Assembly (NCBI RefSeq): GCF_009914755.1
Contig: NC_060931.1
DNA length: 64,000 nucleotides
Reading direction: 5' to 3' (one strand)
Source of the DNA: the human T2T-CHM13v2.0 reference genome, Homo sapiens
Part shown: positions 42,104-55,050 of the stretch, piece by piece
Position numbering within the stretch: position 1 is the first letter of the stretch
How the letters are laid out: each line of letters opens with the position of its first letter
Notes under the pieces: model-generated
Databases searched by the model: none
Seen by the model: the letters and a program-made list of their open reading frames with translations, nothing else
Told to the model about the DNA's origin: nothing
Position numbers and translations under genes: made by a program

Positions 42104-45100
42104 ATAGCTCTGTCTCACTGGCGTTCCAGGCGCCATGGGGGTATGAAAAAAAAACTGCAGCTATCTTGGTGTCTGCCCAAATGGCTGTCCAGTTTTTTGC
42201 TTGAAACCCAGAGCCCTGGTGGTGTATGCACCCGAGGGAATCTCCTGGTCTGTGGGTTGCAAAGACCATGGGAAAAGCTTAGTATCTGGGCTGGAATGCA
42301 CCATCCCTTACAGCACAGTCCCTCACAGCTTCCTTTGGCTAGGGGAGGGAGTTCCCCAACCCGTTGCACTTCCTGGTGATGTGATGTCCCACCTTGCTTC
42401 TGCTTGCCCTCTGTGGGCTGCACCCACTGTCTAACCAATCCCAGTGAGACGAGCCAGGTACCTCAGTTGGAAATACAGAAATCACCCACCTTCTGTGTTG
42501 ATCTCACTGGGAGTTGCAGACCAGAGCTGTTCCTATTCAGCCATCCCACTTATAAGTGAGAATGTACAGTTTTTGGTTTTCTTTAATTTTGTTTCTTTTT
42601 ATGACTGAGTAATATTGCATGGTGCATATATGCCACATTTTCTTTATCCACTCATGGGTCAATGGGCAATTAGGTTTGTTCCATATCTTTGCAATCATGA
42701 ATTGTACTGCTATAAACATATATGTCCATGTATCTTTTTCATATAATAACTTCTTTTCCTTTGGGTAGATACCTAGTAATGAGATTTCTGGATCAAATGG
42801 TAGGTCTTCTTTTAGTTCCTAAAACAATCTCCATACTGTTTCCCACACAGGTGGTACTAATTTACATTCCAACTAGCAGTGTATAAGTGTTTCTTTGTCA
42901 CTACATCCATGCCAACATCTATTATTTTTTGACTTTTTAATAATGGCCATTCTTGTAGGAGTAAGATGATGTATCTCATTGTGGTTTTAATTTGCATTTC
43001 CCTGATGATTAGTGATGTTTTGATGATTTTTTAATGTTTCTTGGCCATTTGTATATCTTCTTTTGTGAAATGTCTATTCATGCCCTTTGCCCACTTTTTG
43101 AAGAAGTTATTTGTTTTTTTCTGGCTAAGTTTGTTGAGTTCCTTGTAGATTCTGGATACTAGTCCTTTGTTGAATGCACAGTTTGCAAATATATTTAACC
43201 AAGGAGGTAAAAGTTCTCTACTAGGATAACTACAAAACGCTACCAAAAGATATTATAGATGACACAAACAAATGGAAATACATCCCATGCTCATGGATTA
43301 GAAGAATCAATGTTGTGAAAATGAACATACATCCAGGAATACATGAAAAAGGAAATATCCCAAACCAATCTATAGATTCAAAACAATTCCAATCAAAATA
43401 CAAACATCATTTTTTACAGAATTAGAAAAAACAATTTTAAAATTCATATGGAACCAAAAAAGAGCCCAAATTGCCAAACCAATCCTAAGCACAAAGAACA
43501 AATATGGAGGCATCACATTACCAGAATTCAAATTATAGTACAAGGCTATAGTTACCAAAACAGCATGGTACTGGCATAAAAGTAGGCACATAGACCAACA
43601 GAAGAGAATAGAGAACTCAGAAATAAAGCCAAATACAGCCAACTGATCTTTGACAAAGTATACAAAAACATAAACTGGGAAAGGACACTCTATTTAATAA
43701 ATGATGCTGGGAAAACCAGCAAGCCACATGTAGAAAAATGAAACTGAATCCCTATATCTCACCTTATACAAAAATCAACTCAAGATGGATCAAAGACTGA
43801 AATCTAAGATCTGAAACCACAAAAATTCTAGAAGATAACCTTAGAAATTATTCTCAGTATTTGCATAAGCAAAGATTTCATGACTAAGACTGCAAAGCAA
43901 ATGCAACAAAAGCAAAAATAAATAAATGGAACCTAATTAAACTAAAAAGCTTCTGCACAGAAAAAGAAATAATCAGAGTAAACAGACAACCTACAGAATG
44001 GAAATTTTTTTATCTTTTTGTTATTGATTTACAGGAATTCTTTATATTTTTATGAGTTATCAACTATATGTATTTCCAATATTTTCTTCCACAATGTGGT
44101 ATGTTGTTTCACTCTTTAAAAGTATCTTGATTAACAAAAGTTTGTATCTTAATACAGTCCAATTTGTCCACTTTTTCTTTATGATTAATGCTGCTTGTTT
44201 CTGATTTTAAAAAATCTTTCCACATTCAAAGGTCAGGTATCTTTTTTTTTTTTTCTAAAATCTCTATTGTTTTACCTTTCAGGTTTAGATTGTAATCCAT
44301 CGAAAACTGACTTCGTTTATGAAATGACAGAGGAATCAAGATTTTGCTTTTGTCACATGTATATCCAATTGACATTGCACCATTTATTAAACAGACCATC
44401 TGTCCCCTCCCTGTGTTATGGTGCCAGCTTTATTCTAAATAAGAGAGAGTGTAAATACAGATTTACTTCTATTTCATTGATTTATTAGTATAGTCAGTGC
44501 TGTGTCACGCTTTCCTCGTCATTGTAGTTTTATAAGTTTAAAAAATGCCCGCCCGTGCATGTCCTCCCCCTTTCTTTATCTTCTTGATGATTTCATTTCT
44601 GCTTTTCATTTCCATATAAATTTTAGAATCATCCTGTTAACTTCAAAAAGAAAGCTTTCTAATATTTTTATAGAGATTTTGCTGAACCTAAGAACCAATT
44701 TAAACAGTACTGACATCTTTTCAAAACTGAGTTGCTCTTCTCGAGGAGTATCTTTGTGGCATTCTCTGTATTTCCTGAATTTGAAAGTTGGCCTGCCTTG
44801 CTAGATTGGGAAAGTTCTCCTGTATAATATCCTGCAGAGTGTTTTCCAACTTGGTTCCATTCACCCCGTCACTTTCAGGTACACCAATCAGACGTAGATT
44901 TGGTCTTTTCACATAGTCCCATATTTCTTGGAGGCTTTGCTCGTTTCTTTTTATTCTTTTTTCTCTAAACTTCTCTTCTCGCTTCATTTCATTCATTTGA
45001 TCTTCCATCACTGATACCCTTTCTTCCAGTTGATCGAATCGGCTACTGAGGCTTGTGCATTCGTCATGTAGTTCTCATGCCTTGGTTTTCAGCTCCATCA

Positions 45101-45940
45101 GGTCCTTTAAGGACTTCTCTGCATTGGTTATTCTAGTTAGCCATTCATCTAATTTTTTTTCAAGGTTTTTAACTTATTTGCCATGGGTTCGAACTTCCTC
45201 CTTTAGCTCGGAGTAGTTTGATCATCTGAAGCCTTCTTCTCTCAACTCGTCAAAGTCATTCTCCGTCCAGCTTTGTTCCGTTGCTGGTGAGGAGTTGCAT
45301 TCCTTTGGAGGAGGAGAGGCACTCTAATTTCTAGAGTTTCCACTTTTTCTGCTCTGTTTTTTCCCCATCTTTGTGGTTTTATCTACCTTTGGTCTTTGAT
45401 GATAGTGATGTACAGATGGGGTTTTGGTGTGGATGTCCTTTCTGTTTGTTAGTTTTCCTTCTAATAGTCAGGACCCTCAGCTGCAGGTCTGTTGGAGTTT
45501 GCTGGAGGTCCACTCCAGACCGTTTTCCTGGGTGTCAGCAGCAGAGGCTGCAGAACAGCGGATATTGGTGAACAGCAAATGTTGCTGCCTGGTTGTTCCT
45601 CTGGAAGTTTTGTCTCAGAGGAGGACCTGGCCGTGTGAGGTGTCAGTCTGCCCCTACTGGAGGGTGCCTCCCAGTTAGGCTACTTGGGGGTCAGGGACCC
45701 ACTTGAGGAGGCACTCTGTCCATTCGCAGATCTCCAGCTGTGTGCTGGGAGAACCGCTACTCTCTTCAAAGCTGTCAGACAGGGACATTTAAGTCTGCAG
45801 AGGATTCTGCTGCTTTTTGTTTGGCTATGCCCTGCCCCCAGAGGTGGAGTCTACAGAGGCAGGCAGGCCTCCTTGAGCTGAGGTGGGCTCCACCCAGTTC
45901 GAGCTTCCCGCCACTTAGTTTACCTACTCAAGCCTCGGCA

Positions 45941-46199
45941 ATGGCGGGCGCCCCTCCTCCAGCCTCGCTGCCACCTTGCAGTTTGATCTCAGACTGCTGT
46001 GCTAGCAATAAAGCACGGCTCCATGGGCGTAGGACCCTCTAAGCCAAGTGCGGGATATAATCTCCTCGTGTGCTGTTTGCTAAGACCGTTGGAAAAGCGC
46101 AGTATTAGGGTGGGAGTGACCCGATTTTCCAGGTGCCGTCTGTCACCCCTTTCTTTGACTAGGAAAGGGAATTCCCTGACCCCTGTGCTTCCTGGGTGA
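45941..46199 (+). pseudogene. ORF0: L1 ORF0, frameshifted
   Basis: MAGAPPPASLPPCSLISDCCASN, then a frameshift near 46010; GVGPS..EKRSIRVGVTRFSRC continues in another frame. Confidence 0.85.
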
Positions 46200-46358
46200 G
46201 GCAATGCCTCACCCTGCTTCGGCTCATGCTCAGTGCACTGCACCCACTTTCCGACACTCCCCAGTGAGATGAACCCGGTACCTCAGTTGGAAATGCGGAA
46301 ATCACCCATCTTCTGCATCGCTCACACTGGGAGCTGTAGACTGGAGCTGTTCCTATTC

Positions 46359-46368
46359 GGCCATCTTG
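46359..46368 (-). promoter_or_regulatory. YY1 site of the L1 internal promoter
   Basis: CAAGATGGCC is intact at the L1PA5 5' end. Confidence 0.75.
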
Positions 46369-48128
46369 GCTCCACCCCCTCATCAGCTTCTTAAAAAAAA
46401 AAAACTCTTCTTCCAAACACTGTAATAGTTATTTTAATTCTTGGACAAACATCTACTTTCATCTGTATTACAGAACATTAAAATATTGAGGAATTCTATT
46501 CTTCTTAATAATGCCTGCCCCCAGAAGAACCTATTTTACCAGAGCCTAACCTCCTGGGGTTTTATCAGAGCATGGCACACCTGAGGGAAGGGAAATACAC
46601 ACTTCAGTCCAATCTAGCCATCCTGTCTCACCTCAGGGTGAAGGGAAGTGGTGAGAAGCACTTGTGAAGTTCACAGTCCAGAGGCATAGACTCACTAAAG
46701 ACTGAGCCCTAGTTATAGGTCTATAGAATGCTTCACCTCAGGCTACAACCTACTATTACATTACTAAAGACCCATTAACATTATGTCTTGCTACCAAAAA
46801 AAAAAAAAAAATTTACAAGGCACACTAAATGGCAAAAACAAAAACAAAAACAAAACCTACAGTATGAAGTGGCAGAATAAGTAGCAAAACCAGACATGGC
46901 AGAGATGCTGAAATTATCAGACCAGGAATTTAAAACAACTATGCCAAGGGATCTAAATGATAAAGCAGATAGCATGCAAATAACAGTTGGGCAATGCAAG
47001 CAGAAAGAGGATAATCCTAAGGAAGAACCCCCACCAAAAAAAACCTTGCTAGAAATAAAAAACACTGTAGCAAAAATGAAGAATCCTTATCAGTAGACTG
47101 AATATGGCTGAGGATCTCTGAGCTTGAGGATGTATCAATAGAAACCTCTCAAACTGGAAAACAAAGAAAACAAAGACTGGAAAAAAAAAAAAAAAGAAGA
47201 AAAAAAACACAACAACCAAGAACTGTGACTGGAACAACTACAAAAGTTGTAACATAAGCATAATGGGGATGAATAAAGAAGAGACAAAGACACAGAAGAA
47301 ATAACTTGAAACAACCATGACTGAGAATTTTCCCAAATTAATGTCAGACACCAAACCACAGATCTAGGAAGCATAAAGAATACCAAGCAGAATAAATGAC
47401 AGAAAGCCAAAAATGTTACACCTAGGAATATCATATTCCAACTACAGAAAATTAAAGAAAAAATCCTTAAACAGCCTGGAGGGTGGGATGGGGGGAGAAA
47501 CTTACTTAGAGAGGAGTAAAGATAAGAATTATGTACAACTTTTCTTCAGAAACCATGCTAGCAAGGAGAGAGTGGAGTAAAATATTTATAAAGTATTCAG
47601 AGAAATAAAAAGTGATGGGAATTCTGTACCCTATGAAATTATCTTCCAGAAGTAAAGGGAAAATAAAGACTTCCTCAAACAAACAAAAATAGAGGAAGTT
47701 TGTTGCTAGCAGACCCACCTTGTGAAAAATGTTAAAAGAATTTATTTAGAGAAGAAGAAAATACTGTAGGGAAAGAACTCGGATCTATATAAAAAAATAA
47801 AGAGCATTAAAGAAAAAATAAATGAAGGTAAAAAAAATTTTCTTGTTCTTAATTGATCTAACAGAAAACAGTTTGTTAAAAATAATAGCAACTACGTATT
47901 CGATTGTGTATGCTTAAGTATATATTATATGTATATGGGTATCCTTATGTATGCTTATGAAATGAATGACAGCAATAATACAAAGAGCCAGAGGGAGGAA
48001 TTAGGATTGTTTTGTTATTACAAGGACCTCACACTACCTGTGAAGCAGTTCAGTGATATTTGAAAGTAGACTTGGATTAGTTGTAAATGTATATTACAAA
48101 CTCTAGGGCAACCACTAAAGTAAGTAAA

Positions 48129-48129
<1 letters not shown>

Positions 48130-48166
<37 letters not shown>

Positions 48167-48542
48167 GTAAATATGTATATGTTTTACATGTATATAGTTT
48201 ATATATATGTTTTACTTATATATATGTTTACTTATATATGTTTACTTATATGTTTTACTTATATGTTATATATGTTTTACTTATATGTTATATATGTTTT
48301 ACTTATATGTAAGTATATATATACTATAAAGTATGTATAGTATATATATAATATGTATACACTATATAAATACTTATATATAGTATATATACTATATATA
48401 AGTGTATATATGTATATATGTACTTATATATAAGTACTTATATATGTGTGTATATACTTATATATATAAACATATATATGTAAAACATATATAAGTACTT
48501 ATATATATAAGTAAAACATATATATAAACTATATATATATAT
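48130..48542. repeat. AT-rich quasi-palindromic simple repeat
   Basis: (TG)n(TA)n then TATATGTTTTACT-type units whose orientation reverses; 48191-48225 is the exact reverse complement of 48501-48535. Confidence 0.9.
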
Positions 48543-49150
48543 AACTGATATGCTAAGAAAAGAGAGAAAACAGAACAATATAAAATGATCAGTTAAAACC
48601 ACAAAGGAAAAAAAAGATTGAAAAACAGAAATAGGTAAAAACAAGGGCATCAAATAGAACACAGTAACAAATACAGTAGATATTAATCCAACTACATCAG
48701 TGTGTACTTTGAACTTTGATGGTCTAAAAACACCAACTAAAAAGCAGAGATTAATAGAGTTCATCAAAAAACAAGACTCTGCAACATGTTTTCTAGAAGA
48801 AACCAACCATAAATATAAAGCTAGTGGGAATGCAAAAATCTGATAGCCACTTAGGAAAATAGTTTGGCAGTTTCTAATAAAATTAACATACTCTTACTAT
48901 ACAATGCAGCAATCATGCCCTTTGGTAGAAACCCACATGGTTGAGTATTTATATTCACACAAAAACCTATAATGGATATTTATAGCAGCTTTATTGATAA
49001 TTACCAAGATGTTTTTCAGTACATGAAGAGATAAATAGTAGTATATCCAGACAATGAAATAATATTCAGCACTAAAAACAATTAGCTATCAAGTTATTAT
49101 ATAAAAAGACATAGAGGAACCTTTAATGCATATTATTAAGTGAAAGAAAC

Positions 49151-49539
49151 TGTACGGTTTGGCTCTGTCCCCACCCAAATCTCATCTTGAATTGTAGCTC
49201 CCATAATTACCACGTGTCATGGAAGGGACCTGGTGGGAGGTAATTTAATAATGGATGCAGTTACCCCCATGCTGCTGTTCTTGTGAAACTGAGTGAGTTC
49301 TCAGAAGATCTGATCTGTTGATTTTATAAGGGGCATTTCCCTCTTTGCTCAGCACTTCCCCTTCCTGCCATCCTGTGAAGAAAGACAGGTTTGCTTCCCC
49401 TTGCGCCATAATTCTAAGTTTCCTGAGGCCTCCTCAGCCATGTGGAAAAAGACTTGAATGGATCAATTAAACTTCTTTCCTTTATAAATTACCCAGTCTT
49501 GGGCAGTTCATTATAGCAGCATGAGAATGGACTAATACA
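49151..49539 (+). mobile_element. THE1C-like solo LTR
   Basis: TGTACGGTTTGGCTCTGTCCCCACCCAAATC...GGACTAATACA; TSD GAAAC (49146-49150 and 49540-49544). Confidence 0.92.
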
Positions 49540-50755
49540 GAAACCAATCTGAAAAGGCTACCTACTGGATGATTTCTACTATTTGACATTCTGGAAAAGG
49601 CAAAATTACAAAGAGAATAAAAATAACAATGATTGTCAAGACTTAAGGAGAAGTTTCTAAATAGGTGGAGCACAGAGGATTTTTAGAAAAGTGAAACTAT
49701 TCTGTAAGATACTAGAATGGTAGATGCATGTCATTATATGTTTGTCCAAACCCATAGAATGTTCAGCACCAAGGGTGAATCTTAATGTAAACTATGGACT
49801 GGGTGATAATGAAGTGTCAGTGTAAGTTTATCAGTTGAAAGAAATGTACCACTCTGATGGGGGATGTTGATAATGGGGGAGGCTATGCATCTGTGGGGGC
49901 AGGAGGTATATGAAAAATCTCTGTACCTTCCTTTCAATTAAGCTATGGACCAGAAACTGCTCTAAAAAGTTATCCTTAATTTTTTAAAATGTATTACGGA
50001 AACATGCTTATATCAAGAAATTTTTAACATGTAAAAAATGTAAGCATAATGTAAGGTACAATTTTTGTAAGTATTTTGTTATAAATTCAGTATAAATTTT
50101 TGTTTAATAATTAGGAATTAAAAGGGCTCCAAAAGCAAAAATTGTATAGGAAAGACTGATAAATATTTTTTCACTACAAGTTGTTTAAAATGTTCTTATA
50201 GTTAAAATTTTTTTAAGAAGAATAAATGTCAAAGGCAAATGACACACTGACAGAAAATATTGCCAACATATGTTACAGTGAAAAAGTAAATATTACTTCT
50301 AAATAGTTTTTATTCATTTAATAAGAATAAAAAAGCCGATAAAATGAATCAGTAAGACACAAAATAAGAAATATAAATAATTAATAGGTGTATGTAATAT
50401 ACTTTTAGTCATCAAACAAATATAAGCCAAGAAAATGAAATATCATTTTTCAGCTGAGCAAAAAAATTGTAATTTGTGCTATTGACAAATAGAAAAGAAA
50501 AATGAGCATGTTTAAATTCTTCTGATATAGATATTAATGTAAGTACATTTTTTAAGCAATTGTGGCAATTTGAATAGAAAACCTTAAAATTTTTATGGAT
50601 ACATCCCTACTCAAGTAATTTCATTTATAGAAATTGTTTATAAAAAGAAATTTTATTGAGACTTACAGAGGATGATATGAAACTTAACAATAACGTAGCA
50701 GAGGTATAAAGTGGAAAACTAGAAATGCTATATTATTGCATTAAAAACAACATAC

Positions 50756-51264
50756 TATATTAGTTTTCTATTACTGTGTAACAACTATCACAAATTTAAC
50801 AGCTTAAAACAATGCCCATTTATTGGCTCAGGATTTTGTAGGTCAGAAATCTGGCAAAGTGTCACTGGATTAGCCTGATATCAGAGTGTTGGCTGGAGGC
50901 TCTAAGGAACTACTTAGTATATTTCCAAACTCATTCTTGTTAGTAGCAGAACTCATTTTTTGTGACTGCAGCACTGAGTCCCCCTGTTTTGCTGGGGACA
51001 CTCTCAGCTCCTGGAAGGAGCCCTTCAATCTTCCAGCCATGTTTTGAATCTCTGACTTCTCCCATCTCTGACTTCTAGATTCAGATTTAAAGGGATATGA
51101 TTAGGACAAATTCCCTATCTTAAGATCAACTGATTTGGGACCTTACTTACATCTATAAAACCCCTTCACAGCAGTAACTAAATGAGTATTTTACTGAATA
51201 TCTGAGAGGCGAAGGTACCAGTGGCAAAAATCTTGAGGGTTATCCTAGGATTGTAACTACCACA
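50756..51264 (-). mobile_element. MLT1D/E-like solo LTR
   Basis: TATATTAGTTTTCTATTACTGTGTAACAACTATCACAAATTTAACAGCTTAAAACAA...CTTAAGATCAACTGATTTGGGACCTTA...CTACCACA. Confidence 0.75.
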
Positions 51265-51400
51265 GAGCCAAAACAGAATGTATTATGGCCTCCAATTATA
51301 TAGAGATGAAGGAATACATATAAATTTACACATATATGCATGCTTTCTGTAAAGATAGATACAACACAGCAGTATATAGATGATAGGTAGATAGAGATAG

Positions 51401-51844
<444 letters not shown>

Positions 51845-52307
51845 CAATTTATGTTTTTATAATTTTTAAAGAAATAAACATATTTTGGAGCCTGTCAAAA
51901 AAGATCATATTTTCAGAAAAAAAGAGAACCTCTGATTTTAACATATTTACCTATCAAACGGTGTTACCAATGTTAGGCTTCTAAGCCAGAGACCAGAGAC
52001 CACAGTGACAGTACCAGAGGGAGCTTATACAGACGCATGCAAATACACTTAGAAATTTTGCAGTTACTTTGAGCAGTTAAAATACCCTTTTGATGCATGC
52101 TCAATTGAGAATTAAAAGTTCAAATATTGATTTGCATAGGAAATTAGTAATTAAGTACCCATAAAATTAACTTGCACCTGCCAATTGATGTACCAATTAA
52201 CTTTGCAGATACCTTAAAAGAAACTTCTTGAAAATAAAGTTTCTGATATTATTTGACAATAATATGTTGTACATGTTTAAAAATACACAATGCTGCAGAA
52301 AGGTACA

Positions 52308-53188
52308 TATGGTGGCCATGAGAATGTATGCTGCAGATAGCCAATTACAGAGAACATAATTTACCAAGGATCCAGCTGCCATGCTCTGAAATTCATCACC
52401 AGGTTAGCACAGAGGCCAGACTTCCCACAGGCTGCTCACTGGCCAGTGATTGAATGCAATAGGGACACTCATGGACATCTGTGCTTGGGAGAACCAGGAT
52501 CTCAGCTGCTGGATTTGGCTCAAGAATTACTCAGTGATTACCTTGCCACTTCTCTTTGTTTGGACTGCATCCCCCCAAAAGATATGTTGAGTTTCTATCC
52601 CTGGATACCTGTTAATGTGACCTTATTTGGAAATAGATTCTATGCTGATGCATCAGGTTAAAATGAGGTCATGCTCATTATAGTGTACCATAACTGCAAT
52701 TAGTGATGTCCTCATAGAGAGACAGATTTTTGGACACACTGACACACACAAGGGAAAGACAATCATGTGATGATGGAGACAGAAATTAGAATGGTGCAGC
52801 TACAAACCAAGGATTGTCAAAGATTGCCAGCAACCACCCAAAGCTAGGAAGAGCTCTCCCCTACAGCCTTCAGAGAGAGCATGACCCTGCTGATACCTTT
52901 GTTCTGGACTTCAGGCCCCCAGAACTGAGAGAGAATATATTTTTGCTGTTTCAAGACACTCAGTTTGTGATAATTTGTCATGACAGTCCTAGGAAACTAG
53001 TATACCACCTAACCTTGCTTTCTTCCCCATGTGATTCAGAGTCAGAAATATATAGTGGTTTGACAACACTCCCAGCCTTACTCAAGAGACTGCCCATTTT
53101 TTCCACACACAAGTATTTTCCCTAATATAACCCTTATGTGTTTAATCTTATTATGACCTTTGCTTCTCAGAGATCCTAGACTAACACA
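52308..53188 (+). mobile_element. LTR40-like ERVL LTR, split by an MLT1
   Basis: TATGGTGGCCATGAGAATG...GAGGCCAGACTTCCCACAGGCTGCTC...TGCTTCTCAGAGATCCTAGACTAACACA. Confidence 0.65.
52551..53004 (+). mobile_element. MLT1B/C solo LTR
   Basis: CCCCCCAAAAGATATGTTGA..GTGACCTTATTTGGAAATAG..CCTAGGAAACTAGTATA; TSD CCACT/CCACC. Confidence 0.8.
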
Positions 53189-53370
53189 GTACACTATACA
53201 GAAAATGAAGCAAGCCATATTTAAGTGTGCATTTTAAAACATGTATTAATAACATGGATGTGGGACAACTGAACTGGATTTGAAATATTTTATTTGCAGT
53301 TTTCTGCTTGTTACTGAGTTTGAGTTTATCTACCTATGTTGATGGGCCATCAGTGTATCTGGTAGCAATA

Positions 53371-53725
53371 CAGTAGTCCCCCATTTCCTGCTGTTTCCCT
53401 TTCTGTGGTTTCAGTTACCTGCAGTCAACCATGGTCCAAAAAGATTAAGTGGAAAACTCCAGAAATAAACAATTGGTAAGTTTCAAATTGTGCACTGTTC
53501 TGAGTAGCATGAGGATATCTCACGCCACCCAAAACCTGAACACTCCCCTTGTTCAGTGTATCCACACTGTAGAGGCTCCCTGCCCATTAGTCACTTAGTA
53601 GCCGGGAAGGTTATCAGATTAAAAAAAAAAAAACATGGTGTTTATAGGGTTCAGTACTATCCATGGTTTCAGGCATCCTCCGGGGGTCTCAGAATGCATC
53701 CCCAATGCATTATGGGGGACTACTA
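53371..53725. mobile_element. MER44A-like (Tigger) MITE
   Basis: Terminal inverted repeats CAGTAGTCCCCC...GGGGGACTACTA with TA on both sides. Confidence 0.8.
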
Positions 53726-54224
53726 TATACAGAAGCCAGGGCTATCTATCAGCAGCTTCAATCAGGATGTAAGCTACCTGTCAGGAGAAGTGGAGATACA
53801 CCTTTTAATGGAAAACACTAAAGAAGGAGGAATATCTGAAGCCTTCATCTCTTCTCATCAGTAATCTTCTACCAATGCCTTGGATTAGCCAACATACCTA
53901 TATATTATCCTGATATAAGGGTGCATGGGAAGCATAGTTTGCAGCAGAAAGACAAGGAATGAATTGGTACAAACAAGAAATAGCCAGACCCTTTGCCTAT
54001 TTTTATATGGAATCATTAGTCTTTTTGCTCTAATATTTTGCATAAAATATTTACACGCTCCACAAATTTTACATTATAAAATTCAGATGTCCATGTCTGT
54101 CTTTTCATAAATATTTTCATGAAATCCAAATTTTTTTACCTGAAAGTCTTCAGCGTCCATATTTTACTTAAGAATGTTGTCCTGACATCAAAATTCTGAA
54201 AATATTCTCCTTTGTTTACATGTA

Positions 54225-55050
54225 TAGTCATGTGCCACATAATGATGGTTCTGGTCAATGAGGGACTGCACATCAGATAGTGGTTCCCTAAGATTTAGAT
54301 ACAGCTGAAAAATTCCTATCACCCAATATTTAGTATACTGTAACTGTAATCATTATTTTAGAGTATGCAGCATCTACTTATTTTTAAAAATGTATTAACT
54401 GTAAAACAGCCTCAGGCAGGTCCATAAGTACACTCTACGATGTTCACAGAATGATGGAATTGCCTAATGATGCATTTCTCAGATCGAATCCCTATTGTTA
54501 AGAGACACCTGACTGTAGTTACTTTAATAATTGATCATTTTTAGTTCACCAGGATTTTAGAACACACACACATGCATGTATGCATGCACATGCAAGCATG
54601 GGGATATTTCTTTGAAGAAAGAAAGTCAATTTGATAAATTTAGCTTAGCCTAAGTGTACAGTGTTTATAAAGTCTACAGTAGGGTACAGTAATGTCCTAG
54701 GCCTTCACGTTCACTCACCACTCACTCACTGACTCACCCAGAGCAACTTCCAATCCTGCAAGCTCTATTAATTGTAAGTGCCCTATACAGGTATACCTTT
54801 TTTATCTTATTTTAACTGTACCTTTCCCATGTTTAGATATACAAATGCTTACCATAGTGTTACAGTTACCTACAGTATATTATACAGCATGGTAACACGC
54901 TGTATAGGTTTGTAGCCAATATAGACTGGGTGTGTGGTAAACTACCATCTTGGTTTCTGTAAGTACACTCTATGATGTAAACACAATGATGGAATTGCCT
55001 AATGACTCATTTCTCAGATTGTATCCCCATTGTTAAGTGACATCTGACTG
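54225..55050. mobile_element. Tigger3-family element carrying an internal duplication of its own end
   Basis: Starts TAGTCATGTGCCACATAATGA, ends TTGTTAAGTGACATCTGACTG then TA; internal CACTCACCACTCACTCACTGACTCACCCAGAGCAACTTCC. Confidence 0.8.

Larger units (their letters stand above)
44729..46379 (-). mobile_element. L1PA5-like LINE-1: 5' UTR plus ORF1 N-terminal part only (3'-deleted)
   Basis: Intact 5' end GGGGGTGGAGCCAAGATGGCCGAATAGG; ORF1 ATG at 45368 (MGKKQSRKSGNSRN then a stop); ends mid-ORF1 with no ORF2 or poly(A). Confidence 0.9.
46485..49975 (+). mobile_element. L1MC (MC1/2-like): 5' region, ORF1 remnant, ORF2 largely deleted, 3' UTR
   Basis: ORF 46896-47096 MAEMLKLSDQEFKTTM; EN start fused to late ORF2 at ~48820; 3' end GTGAATCTTAATGTAAACTATGGAC..GGGGATGTTGATAATGGGGGAGGCTATGCAT. 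Confidence 0.75.
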
